Below are positions 37,255 through 49,553 of a DNA stretch of 64,000 nt, piece by piece. Each line of letters begins with the position of its first letter. Position 1 is the stretch's first letter. The position numbers and the translations under genes were made by a program. The notes beneath the pieces were generated by a model that worked only from the letters and a program-made list of their open reading frames with translations, was not told the origin of the DNA and did no database searches. Source of the DNA: Dudresnaya verticillata. Its lineage: Eukaryota. The stretch spans positions 372,001 to 436,000 of the forward strand of contig OZ374560.1 of assembly GCA_977862235.1 (NCBI GenBank). The letters run 5' to 3'.

Positions 37255-39871
37255 TCAGTGACGTTGTTCCACAAACGAGACTGCTTCAGGTAGAAATGAA
37301 TTTCCAACCACTACTGGCATGTTGTGGAAGGGGTGGTCGGTGCTGGATGGGTGGTCTTCTTCGTTGTGCAGGAGAAGGACGTCATTCGATTTCTTAACGC
37401 GAGACAGGGCGACATAGAGCTGACCTGGAGAGAAGAAGTTGGATCGCAAGTCCACGATCATCTTGCGCAACGTTTGGCCTTGTGCCTTGTGCACTGTAGC
37501 AATAAATGCTAGGCGAAGCGGAAACTGCCTGCGGGTAACTCGAACGCCGTGGAAGTCAAACTGGAAGTCGATACGGTGTAGCGCGTAAGTTTCCACTTCC
37601 TCCCTATCTCCGCTTTCGTTTAGCTTGGCCACGTAAACCATTCTTCTACTGTAGCGCTTGAGGACGAACATTGCACCGTTAACAATGTGCGGGTGTAGAA
37701 CATTCCGTATTACTATTACCGGGACACCCAACTTCAGTTTCAATTCGTGCGGAGGAACCCCAGTCGGCATGTAGCGGTAGGTCATCTCTGGAACGATGGT
37801 GTTCCCGACTGGGTTTCCATCTCTGTTACGGCCGCGGATTGGAACGATACTTTTGGCGGAACGCAGAGAGAACGAACTGCCCGGGAAGCGTTCCAAGCAC
37901 TCTGTATTATGCTCGTCGACCAGTGCATTTGTCGGGCACACAATCATACGGTTAAGTTCGACGTGTGCAGGGTTGTGTGTTACTGCCCACTTCCATAGAA
38001 GTTCGTACGAAGCTTGTATGTTCCCCGTCGAAGACAGTGGAAGCTTGCTTGTTGTAGGAAACCTTCCAGTAGCGATTGACATGAGCAGCCGGCTGAATCT
38101 CTGATCTTCTGCTTGAAGAACTTGTTGAGTAATGCGCAGCACCTTCACAGCCTGCCGGAGGGAGGATGCCCAAGGTAGTTCGTCTAGTAAGGACACGTTG
38201 ACGTATTCTTTGTTCCCATGCTCGTCTTCTTGAAGCCTCCGCGACGGGACAACTGGAACAACGTCACTGCAGTCTGGTCGTATCCAAAACGACACCTTCC
38301 ATTACGAGTACGCCCTCTACAGTACGGAGAGTGCCGGTGTCTGTTGAAACGCATCACCAGTTCCCGGAGCTCTGGATCCTCGGACGCCAAAGGCAACTCC
38401 GCACTGATAATCCCGTCAATCTCGTCCAAGTCTTCCAGCAGGCCACCCTCTAGGAACACTAGTATGTGGTTGTGTGGCGTGTTACGTTCCTGAGACTCCA
38501 ACTTGGAAGCGATTCCGATACAACGGCGTCCAAAGTATTCCTCCGAGTTGGACTCAATCTCCCTCATGACATCGTTGGCGAACTGGTTGTAGACTCTTGC
38601 CGTGATATCGGGACGATCAAACACACGTGGTCGACGGTCATGAGGCTGGAACGTACTTCGATGATCTATGTCCAAACCCAGTCTGCCCATCTCCTCACGC
38701 CACGGATTCATTGTCACAGTCACGAGCAGAGAAGGGACATGCCTCCTAGCGACCATAGCTTGTACGTCCAGGAGCTTCCCTTTCCAATATGACGCTGAGT
38801 TCACGTGGTTATCCGGAAGGAACAGTCTCCCAATACGATACGTGTCGTCGTCATCCATTACAGTTTCCTGTAGCTCCATCTCCTCTACGATCCTTGATGT
38901 CTGCTCCCGCTCCAAGAACTTGAGTCGCTGGTCCTCGATGTTTGTAGCAGTTCGCAGTAGCCAGACCTGGAATAGTGTACCGCTCTCCTGTAGAATATTG
39001 TCCGTGTACAGGCGGCGCTTGACGTTTGCCGCCCAAGTGAGCTTCTGGAGCTTCTTCTTATTCGCTTCTCGCGTACTCGACGGCTCAGTGTTATCTGACT
39101 TTGCTTGAATGAACCGTGCCAAGTCAAACGGCTCATGTTCATCTCCGCACGGATACATTAACGGGAACGCGCCCGCCTCCGCTATCTTCGAGCCCACGTT
39201 AAGTGTACGATACTTCACAACATGCGTTCCACGTTCGTGATCCGGTTCAATGTCAGCATTGCCAACCAACTGCACGACTGGCTGATCGGATCGTTATAGA
39301 CCAGAGGGTTCAACCGTGTAACTTAGGAGGTGCGTCGGAACTCCTGCTTGGTCTTGTGGCAGCGGTCCAACTCCTGTCACAGCTTGTACCTCACCAACCT
39401 GCCTTCCACGATAGTTTTCCACAACCACACCGTCGTTTGCAACTTGGTCATTCACTTCTACACTATCGACCCCCCCGCATTTTCACGCGGCCCACCTGCG
39501 TTCTGACGTGGGCCTCCTGTGTTCGGACGTGATCCTTCTGCATTATCACGCGGTCCTCCTGCGTTTTCACGCGGACCTCCTGTATTCGGGCGCGACCCCC
39601 CGGCGTGCTGACGTGACCCTCCGGCATTCGGGCGCGGGCCTCCTGGGTTCTCACGTGAGCCACCAGCATTTGGACGTGGACCTACAGTACTTGGACGGGC
39701 ACCACCGGCGTTGGCACGGGCGCCACCAGAGTTGGCACGGGTGTCACCAGAGTTGGCACGGGCGCCGCCAGAGTTGGCACGGGCGCCGCCAGAGTTGGCA
39801 CGAGCCCCTCCTGAGTTGGGACGCGGACCCCCAGAGTTGGGTCTGGGGCCTCCGCGAACCATCTTGACCAC
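37255..39871 (-). pseudogene. RepHel with ~1.7-kb deletion removing Rep motif III and the first helicase motifs
   Basis: ORF 38184-39275 (VTVTMNPW, ESQERNTPHNH) joins directly to helicase C-terminal ORF 37255-38295 near 38262; N-terminal 21-bp repeats at 39470-39850. Confidence 0.9.
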
Positions 39872-41396
39872 CGATTCCTCTTGGAGTCTTCTCTGCTTCC
39901 CTCTTCTAACTCCCTTAACTTATGTCCCCCTTGGTTTAAGTACGACGCGCTGCGCAGACTATAATGCTGCCTCTGCGAGCTCCGCACTGATTTCCACTTA
40001 AGCACGGCGCGCCGCACCGTTGATTTTGGGCACACCAGACTGTCTTCTGTCTTATACCTTCTGCCTTCTCTCTTCTGCCTTCTCCTTTGGCGCAGGTCAA
40101 TATGTACGTCAAGTACACAAAGTGTAACCTTTGTGCACCCAGAACCGTCCTGCGCTCCCCAGGGCAACGTGTGGATACCCTGACGATGGTGGTTCCACCG
40201 CAAAATACCCAAGGGCTCCTTGCCTTACTCCCCCTAGGGCCCGGCAGCGGGGGAGAGATATGCTTCTTTAACCGACAACACCGGAGTGGTGTTGCCGTTA
40301 CACGTCTGCCCTCCAAAGAGACGCACTTAGACAGGGCTGCCGAAGCACTGTCCAAAGCAAACGGGTCGCCCTTTCGCCTAACGGAACAAATAGGCTCAAC
40401 GCAAAGGGTACTCAGAGCTGCCGAATTGCCGCCCCCCGAGTCACAATATGTGGGGCTTGCACTAGCAGACGATTGGTCGCGATGGTTACCAGGGGTCCGT
40501 CACCAAAGCGAAACTGAAACCGCAAAACATTGTTAGCGCTAGTACGCAACCGACGACGATTTTCCAGAGCCCGATCCAGGACGCGGACAGCAATGCGATT
40601 TTTTCCTAAGTCTTTTTTGACTTATGATTTATTTTTGCGCGTGCGGGCAGAGTGTAATTAGGCAACTATTGATTTTGATTTTGTTTTTGTTTCTATTTTT
40701 GTTTTTCTTTCTTCTTTTTCTTTTTCCTTTTCCTACCGTAAATGCCCTATGCATTAAATTAAAACGATTTGTCGCGCGTCGCTGGATCTGGATTCGCGTC
40801 GCTAGATCTGGATTCGGGTCGCTGCGTCGCCGGTTTGCCTGTTCGCGCGCTCGCACCGCTCTGAACTGCGCCCACCACGGATAACCGGTTGAACCCTCCC
40901 GCCCCCCAGGGCGCGCCGCTACCACTCGGGGCAGCGACAACGGGAATCAAGCAGGATCTGTACCTGTTGCGAAGGGGTCTGCTCTCGCCACAACTCAGCT
41001 TACCTGCCCCGGGCTTCCACCCGTGCTTGCGCGCTCGCGTAGAGGGAGGGGGGAGGAGTCGTGCGGGAGCGTTCCCGGCCGCCGCTGATATGGCCCTGTA
41101 GTTTGCGATTTACACGGCCTCAGCGAGATCACGGCGAGCTCACTTCGGATGAGCACTACCGTACCAATTTAATTATGTAAAGTAGCTTTCTAGGCCCCTA
41201 GGACAGGTGCGGTTTTAATCACATCAATTAGGAATGGAGGCGCACGGCGGGACTGTAAGATCGTATCACTGTAGCGCGGCTGCGCGTTTGTCAATTTACT
41301 GTCAGAAAATCGGAGCGCACCAATGGGCGCGCGTTGCGGCAAAATACAGCCAATCGGGTGGCGCGGCTTGGCGGTGAGCCAATGGGGTTGCAGCTT

Positions 41397-41490
41397 TGCT
41401 GCTGCTGCTGCTGCTGCTGCTGATGCTGCTGCTGCTGATGCTGCTGATGCTGCTGATGCTGCTGATGCTGCTGCTGCTGCTGCTGCTGCT
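41397..41490. repeat. (GCT)n/(GAT) microsatellite in the H-a 5' region
   Basis: Direct observation. Confidence 0.95.
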
Positions 41491-41664
41491 GAATTTTTCT
41501 ATTGGGCGGAAAAAGGTGAACCGTTAATATTTTTAGGCGTGCGTAGAAATAGGTTTGGCGGCAAGGGATGGTAATGGCGGGCGGATGTTTATTTTTTGTA
41601 ATTTTTTACGTGTACGAAGCCCTCGAGGGGCCTCGTACACTGACTAATCATTACTATGGGGAGA

Positions 41665-42370
41665 ACTACGTAGTGTTGGGTGCGTGTCATGGAATGGCCA
41701 TACTTGTGTCTGCGAGTTGTCATGAAATCGGCATGTGGCGTCTAATCGTAGAGATATACGGGGGGCGGATCGTGCAGTGCGGTCGGGGAGCGACGGGCAG
41801 GGCACGCTGGTGCGGTGACGGCAGCGGGATGCACGGTGTGCACGAGGGTGGGCAACCGCGACAGCATATTTTGCCCAAGGAATTGTGCGTCGCGGGGCGA
41901 GGCGGGGGAGCGGGCGACGAGGAAGTCTTTATGCGGTCGCGTGCGCAATTGTGCAAAGGCGCGCAAAGCACAGTGCACCCGTTGCACCAGAAAGCCGAAA
42001 AACTGACGACAAGGTAGTCTGTATGCGGCGCCGAGCACGCGCGGCGTGGGCCAGATGGGCGATGCGGCGCGCATGCAGCACGCGCGGCCAGGGGCATGCC
42101 GCGGGCCGGAAATTTCCAATTTGGCCCAGTGCGGACCGCGGAGTGGGCCGCGCGGGCCAAAACGACGCAAGGAAAATGAAATTCAGAATACCTGGAAATA
42201 TTTTGGGTACATTCACGCAAACCGCCATAACTTTCGAAGGAATGGTCCGTTAACCAATCGGATTTCACCACCGTACGCAGGGGACGCTCCTATGTCCAAC
42301 GATACCATAAAATGCCTATTCTACTCCAGTCTGTTTTGAAAGTCATATTCTGAAATCGCTCAAATGCGTG
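41665..42370 (-). mobile_element. Second CAC-starting DNA-transposon-like terminus; truncates the family-D RT
   Basis: Minus strand begins CACGCATTTGAGCGATTTCAGAATATGACTTTCAAAACAGAC, homologous to 12892 onward; Gypsy RT stops at ...NAPATFQRA right beside it. Confidence 0.45.
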
Positions 42371-45300
42371 TTGCACGCTGGAAAGTCGCAGGGGCGTTCT
42401 TCAGTCCGAAGGGTATCCGCAGGTAGCGGAACGTCCCTAGGAACGTCGTGAACGTGGTCTTATCCCTGTCAGCCGCTGCGACAGGGATTTCCAGTACCCC
42501 GCGTTACAATCCAGCGTGAAGAATATGGCAGCGTCGCCAAGACTGTCGTACAGCCATCCATGCGTGGGAGTGGGTACGCATCGCTCAAGGTTTTCATGTT
42601 GAGACGTCGATAGTCCACAAAACACCTGAGCGTGCCATCCTTCTTGGGTGCCAGAACGACTGGCGATGCCCACTCCGCCGTGGCGAGTTCGATTACCCCT
42701 GCACGCAGCATGGTCTCGACCTCATTCTGTACGAGCTTCCGCATAGCAGGGCCCTGTCGATAGGGCATTGAGCGAATCGGCCGCGTGCCGGGTTCCACGT
42801 CGATGTGGTGTTGCGTAGCGGCAATCGTGCCTAGCCTCCCGTCCCACATGGACTGATGCTTCCGAAGCATGGCGAGGACTTCTTCGCGGGTGACCTCGTC
42901 TTCGATAGACGAAAGGTCCACCTGCGACTCCCAGTCCTCGACGGACTCTCCTTTCTCCGCCGCTGCGGTTGCCGTTCCTTGGAACGTTGTGGGCTCGGGG
43001 CCCCTTGCCATCGACGGTGCGACTGGGGGTCATTGCTCCCCTTACCCCTGGGCCACTGCCCTTTGTGGGGAAGGGTGGTGATATTAATCACCCTCCCGAA
43101 CTCTTCCCCGACGTCGCGGTCCGGGGTTATCAGGGCGACTGGGTTGCGGACCGCATAGCCAACCACGGTACCCTTCGGTAGGTTCCGGGCTTTGTCCGTC
43201 CAGTTCCCCAAGATAACCCCGAAGGGTCACCCCGACTCGATGTCATGCACCCCGTTGGTCAGTCTCACGCCGTGGTGGAATTGCAAAGAGGGTTTGGGCT
43301 CCATGCGGATCAGCCCACTGGCCCCCCACGTCACCGAGACGAGCCTCTGCGAGTAGGCTGGGACAACCACCTGCCTAACGAGGCGTATGGTGTGGATATC
43401 GTGATCCCAGTCGAGGAGCTCCCGCTGGTGCTTCTTCGACAAACCCTTCGACGGGTTCTTCGGCTGCGTTACCGGACCGGTTCCCTCGCTAGGGTCCCTG
43501 CGGCTGAGGATGGGCACCGAGCCTCCTTTCCTCAGCGTCAGCCTTCTCAAATCGACGTCGATCCCGTGCACGTGCGCGTTGATAAACTGCGTGCCTATCA
43601 GTACCTCTGACCGCGAGCGTGTCGACGACGATGAAAGGTACGCGAAACGTCTTGTTACCCAGCCTCATGGAGAGGTGGACGACGCCGGACAGCCTCAGCA
43701 GAGTCTTGTCAGCGCCTACCAGGCGTGGCGCGGATTCGATCTCTGACGCGTTTTCCTCCCAACCTACGGGCAGGGCACCTCGAGCGATGCGATTGTACCC
43801 GGAGCCGGTGTCCACCGCGATGGTGTGGGGTATCATAACCCGCGGGTCCGCACCGAGGGACCCGGACAGTGGGTAAATCTCCGTGGACAGGAGGCACACG
43901 TACCCATCGGGGGTAGTGGCCGGCTCTGCGTCGATGCATGGAGCACCGGTACCCTCGCGTCGAGCGTAGGGTACCGCCTGTCCCGCTACCGGGGAGCTGC
44001 GCACTTTCCGCCTGGCCTGCCGCTTGCGTTGAAGCCGCGGCGGCCAGGGTGGTTTGGTACGCGTCGCCCGCGACGTCCCGTAGATCGGGACGTCGTTCGT
44101 GTCCTTCGAAGCACCGCTGCGCTCGACGTGGGGGTTCGTTGCCCCCAACGCCGCCGAAGGCGAAAGGGATTGCGGGTCTGGTGTTGGATAAGATGGTGCG
44201 CGCGATCGCACGAGCGGCGCTGCCTTTATACTTTTCCGGATCGACCCGGTCAGAACTATCCTAGGAATCCGAGCTTTCGTGCTCGGTTCCGATTGGGAGT
44301 TTCGTAACCCCTGAGGCGCCTCGCGTCGATCGCGGAGGCGTGTCAAAAAGGAGGGGGAAATCGCTTTCCTGCCCGGTGGCTGTCTCTACCTTGTGCCGCG
44401 CGTCGAGCGCTTGCGGAAGCCAGTCGTCGGCGGTGAGACCGGTGTGCTCCTGCACCGTCATAACTGCTCGGAGCAGTTCGCGGCGCGGGTTGGCCCTCGG
44501 AGGCGTCGATGCCTGAGGTTGACGGCCAGCGGGCTCGTCGAAGCCAACCCGCTTATTGCGCAGGAGGAACCGCGGTGCGTCGCCTTGGCGGTACTCGCGG
44601 CGTGGGTCTCGGCGATCCCCGCGGTACCCCTGCGGCTCTTCGCGGTACCTTGGTGCGCCCATGCGCTGCGGGGGACCTCTCGCGTCGAAACGTCGGTCCC
44701 CACCCCGCGGCGCATCGTAGCGTCGTGCGGGACTCCTTGTCCTTGCTGCTTTGCAGTGGTCAGCCGGTCATGGGCCTCTGCGATGAAGTCGTCCGTGACG
44801 AACCTCTCGAAGAGGGTATTGACCACCGAGGCACAACAGGGTGGGGTGCCGCGCTGCGTTGTGCGCACCCCAGAGAATAGGTGACTTGAGTACACCTGCG
44901 ACGCGGTTTCATCGAGGAACCAGGACACCACACGCACCGCTGCGCCTTCGGATAGTCCAACGCCATTGAATGCTTGGCGTAGCTGTCGAAGCACGCCAAC
45001 CAGGCGAATCGGCTCCTTGCCGTCGAACCGGTCGAGCTGGGGAATCAGGGCCTTCATGCGGGTGAAACTTTTCGCAGTATTGCCTCTGCACACCTGCTGT
45101 TGGTTGTCCCGCTGATCTACATCATCGAGACGGTAAGAGCGGTAGTCGATCGCCTTAGCGAACTCTGGCACCAACGTGGTTAACGGCTCGATGCCTGCCA
45201 TGAGTGGGCCCCAATGCCAATAGGCAGAGACGGGGCCCTCGTGCTTCTGGGGGGTCGGTCCCCCCTTTGTCCTTTGCCCGTCGAGGGCCTGTCGGAGCAA

Positions 45301-45837
45301 CCTGGGGTCGACCCCGTAGAACGGATTGGGGTCCCCATTCGGATGGTGCGAACCCGCCGCACTCCTCGGTGGAGATGGCGGTGGTGAAGGAAAGCGGTGC
45401 CGAGCTCGTTGCTCGGCAAGTATGGCAGCGGCCAATTCTTGAACTGCACCCGCTGGTGACTGCGGTCGTGGAGGAGAGCTCTGCGCCGACGACGGGCCCG
45501 TAGCCCTCTGGCGTTGCCACGTTGAAGCGTGCTATATCAACTCAACGCGGCGCCGTAGCTCATCGAGGAGCCCCTGTGAACGGGTTATTCCGTCCTCGAT
45601 GGACGTCAAGGGACCGCGTCGAAGCGTGTCCAGGTCTTGCTGGCCCTCAGCCCTCGCTGTAGCGATCGAATATGTGAAGTGGTCGTACACCTCGGCTCGA
45701 GGGTCCATGGTCTCCTCATGCAGGCCCTGGAGGTCGGCCACCGAGACCGGATTTCCGGCGAGGGCCTTTTGCAATGTGGCCCTCCTCTCGAGCCTCACGT
45801 CCTGTAGAGGAGTACCTGAGATGCCGATGGTACTCAA
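42371..45837 (-). pseudogene. gag-pol fragments of family-D Gypsy
   Basis: ORFs 45532-45837, 44458-45435, 43489-44346, 43227-43571, 42469-43011; the gag, protease and RT parts are homologous to family A. Confidence 0.9.
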
Positions 45838-46407
45838 TATTGAGGTGCGACGGGTCGCGTCCTCGCCTTCACCGGCAGCGGCCGAAGCGGCAGCGGCCGG
45901 ACCAGGAGGACTCGAAATCCTTCACTTTGATCGCGTAGATGCGAGAAGTACTAGGGTCTCGACGACTTCTAGGTCGGGAGACCAGTGTAGTATAGACGTC
46001 GGGTCGATCCGACGTCTAATACTCGCTGGTCCGAAGCCGCTACACAGACCCGTCGATGGGTAGCTGTTGTGTGTGATAGAGCGGTGTCGGCCGCGTGCGC
46101 CCCGCAGGTGCGGATCGACGGCGTTGATGCCTGAGAGCGCACGGGACGTACCGTACGCGGGTAGGCAGCGGCCGGATCCCAGCGTCCCCGTTGAAGGGCG
46201 GCACGAAGCCAACGTAAAGGGAAAGGAAAGGGGAAAAGCCTAGCGAGGCAAGGGGGAAAAGGGAAACAGCCCGCTGGCGTAAGGCAACGGGATCGAAACC
46301 AAAGAGGCTGGGGGCAAGCTTCAGCGCGAGCTGTTGCTTGCCCGGTTTACTGAGTCGTCGATGGCAGACGGCCTCAAATACCCTACGCTATGTACACTAC
46401 GGCTACT

Positions 46408-48573
46408 CTACAGTAGGTGCGCCCCACAACACCAACGCGGGAGGGTGCGAGCTCGCGCCCATACACGTTTCGACACGTCCGGGTGACGGATACCCGTGGG
46501 TGCGCGCGGGGCGTAACGGGCAGCGGCCCTCTCAACGGCTCGATGCCGGAGAGCGTCATTGTGGCGTTCCTTACTTGGCAACCGTTGCTTCTTGGCAGGT
46601 GGACCTTGCACAGATGGCTTCCCAATATTTAGTTTGGCCAGTTGACGCGCCCGGCTGGTTGCTGTCGGCATGAAGGGCGAAGGTGTGGTGCAACGCCCAG
46701 GCCCTCTCCGAGCTGGGGGTTGATAAGCCCATTTCTGCCCGTGATCGCTCGCGCGCGTCCGCGACGCGCGCCGCCAAGCTGGGCTTTCGCATTGGACCAT
46801 GGTCGACCACTACAGTGGGCTCGCGCCCACACTTGGGGCTTTCCCCCGCCGTCGCCTTTTCAGGGCCACACTCGCCTCCTTACAGCCACCGCCACGCAAG
46901 CGCGCGCAGGACACGCGCAACACGCGTGACACGTGCACACGCGACCACGCACGCGTCATTACAGGTCTTACAGCGTGCGGGTGTCGGTGTACAGTAGGTA
47001 CACTGTGCTACTGCAGTGTTAGTTTATTGTACTCTAGCGTTAGTTTATTGCTAGTGTACAGTAGCCCTAGTCGCCACCGCCGCGGCGCCGCCGCCGGCGG
47101 TGGGACTTAAGGGGCTAGGACCGACCTTCTACAGTAAACCCAGCCAAGCTTCGGCTCCACACTTAGGGTACCCCCTACCTCCGTGCGCTTGGCGAGTGAA
47201 ACCATCGCGGAGCTGGGCTACGTACGCCTGTGGTGCTGACACCCTTTCTACCTTCTTGTTCACACGCTTGTTGTGACGATGCCCCCACCTTCTGGCTCAC
47301 TACGTGCTCACACGGCTTTGCGTGGCGGTGGCTGTAAGGAGGCGAGTGTGGCCCTGTAAAGGCGACGGCGGGGGAAAGCCCCAAGTGTGGGCGCGAGCCC
47401 ACTGTAGTGGTCGAACATGGTCCAATGCGAAAGCCCAGCTTGGCGGCGCGCATCGCGGTCGCGCGCGAGCGTTCACGGGCAGAAATGGGGTTATCAAACC
47501 CCAGCTCGGAGAGGGCCTGGGCGTTGCACCACAGAAGGGACAGAGCGCAACCGCGGGGTGGACTTCCTTGAAGCGCTCGGTGTGGGTGAACGCGACGTCT
47601 TACGCGGTACGGGAATATTGGCCAAAGCATCCGGAGCCTTCTGCTCTGGTCCACTCTCATCCTTCTTCTCATGGCCAATTATCTGCTTGCTGGCCACGAC
47701 ATCATCTCCAGCAGGGACGAAAGTAGGGGCCAAGTCAGAAGCCATCGGCTGGGCCTCGAATACCTCTTTGGCGGCCTCCACCGTCACCTGAACTATAAGA
47801 GGGCGGGCAATGGCCACCACGGCCGTCGCAATGGGATCGGCCAGAGGCCGTGGAGTAGGATTAATGGCCGTTGGCACTGTAGCGCTTGCGATCGGCGCCG
47901 ACTTCTTAGCCTCAAGAAGCTTCACTTCGGCCTGCACCACCCCTTTTCCAGGCAACTCTGATGAATTCTGGCACGTTTTCGAAGCCTCCTTTGTCAACAG
48001 GCCAATATCAGTGTCCGGGTTGGGCTTGCCCTTCCCATCTTGGCCGGCTGTCAATATCGTATCCTCCGATGAGGACGATGCGACGATAGTTATAATGCGA
48101 GCCAGCTTGGCCTTCTCCGCATCGGCGAGCTTCTTATTCAGACTAGCCAGTAGTTGCTCTTCTGCCTCGCGCCTCTTCTGACTGGCCGCAATCTCCTGCA
48201 TCAACTTGTCGGTGCCGACATCAGACGTAGCTTGCACCATCTCAGCCGGAGTTGTAGACGCAGCTAACTTCTTGCTCTGGCCAGTCTTGATGTTCTTCTC
48301 CGCCGTGGTGACCTTTACAGCGGCCAGCGCATCATTACTTGCGCGACTCGGAGTCTTGGGAGCTGGGGCCGACGATGCCCTCGGCGCCTTCATCGCGCGC
48401 GGCCTCGAACTCTGGCTAGTCTTCTTCGGCATAACCTTCATTCTCGCCACAGCGACCTCCTCAACGCTCGAAGAGGGAGTTGGTGAGGAGCTGGACGACG
48501 AAGGCGGCCGCGTGGTCTTCTTGTCGGCCGGCACAGTGCGACGCCGATGCGCTATCGCAGGGCCACCCGCCAT
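46408..48573 (-). pseudogene. Unknown low-complexity/coiled-coil ORF (MAGGPAIAHRRR...), interrupted by the 850-bp element
   Basis: Removing 46684-47533 plus one GAAGG restores the frame: ...RLRSVPS|PFMPTATSRARQLAKLNIGKPSVQGPPAKKQR... Confidence 0.6.
46684..47533. mobile_element. 850-bp LTR-like element with ~215-bp terminal inverted repeats
   Basis: TGTGGTGCAA...TTGCACCACA; TSD GAAGG (46679-46683, 47534-47538); arms 46684-46898 and 47318-47533 are near-identical reverse complements. Confidence 0.9.
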
Positions 48574-49553
48574 TGTGGAATAAATGGCCCGACGCGCGCA
48601 AGTTGGAAGACAAAGCAATGGAGTGAGCGCGTTGTCATTGGCAAGTGTTGGTAAGGGAAAGTGGTCGGCGTGAAGAAGATGGTGATGGAAGGGTGCAGGG
48701 GGAGGGGTAGCGGCGTAGATCACGCGCGCTGATATCGCCAGATGAAACCCTCGCGGCAAGGAGTCCGCGCTTGCGAAGGGGGCTCTGTGGTACAACGGCA
48801 AGGGGGCCACTGAAAGGAAGCAACTCGACGGGCCAAGCGGACGATCGGCCCAACCAACAGAAGACACTTGGCCAATGGAGCCGTGACCCCGGCGCAAGGA
48901 CGACGGTGCGTGCGCAAAAGTATGAGACGTGTCCACCGAGTGTACACATGGCTCGAACATGGCCACCCACGACACCGAAGCGCACTACATGGCCCACTGT
49001 ACACGTATGATCTGATTTAAGGCCAGACGCAAATGGAAATTGGATTTGGTCGCAAACCAAATCAAAGGAAAGACAGTGGAAACATCATGGGAAAATATAA
49101 CTCGCATGGCCAACCACTAACGCACAAGTACTTGGTTTAGTCTCGCAAGGGCCTTACATTGGCCCGACACCGGAACAAATGTAGACATTATGGCCGACGG
49201 GGAGTAACCGCGGCGAATAACTGCCGAATAGCTCTATATGAGCTCTGATGGCCGATTTTGGGTCTACTGAGGTGCCCACATACCACGGTATAGCTGAAAA
49301 AGGCACGAAGCCGTCCCGACAGAGGTTGGGAGTAAGGTTAGCAACTGAACCCACAAGTTGGCAATTTTCTGTCCTCACCCAGGTCTGGCCACGATTTCGT
49401 ATGCGCGATCCCGCTCTTCCAAGCTTCGTACCGGTTTCCAGGTCCGCTCTACATTCTGGCCAGTTTTTGTGAAATCCGACAGGTTCTTTTGGTCTTCTTG
49501 GGGTCTCATTTCGGCGCCACACTCGGTGGGTCTTTTCGATATACTACAGGTAC

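Larger units (their letters stand above)
36973..41664 (-). mobile_element. Helitron H-a (~4.7 kb, internally deleted)
   Basis: 5' TC end at 41664; 3' hairpin 36982-37008 and CTTG end at 36973; RepHel fragments. Confidence 0.88.
42371..49548 (-). mobile_element. Family-D Gypsy, truncated in RT, with LTR or long-LTR region 45986-49548
   Basis: PBS TGGTCTCCCGACCTAGA (45968-45984, minus); gag fragments 44458-45435; protease IAVDTGSGYN; RT start WASPVVLAPKKDGTLRCFVDYRRLN; outer boundary at 49548 (TGTAGTATA) less certain. Confidence 0.8.

Noticed and set aside
34680..39850. Regularly spaced 21-bp repeats as a CRISPR-like array
   Set aside because: Contiguous coding minisatellites with no unique spacers and no cas genes
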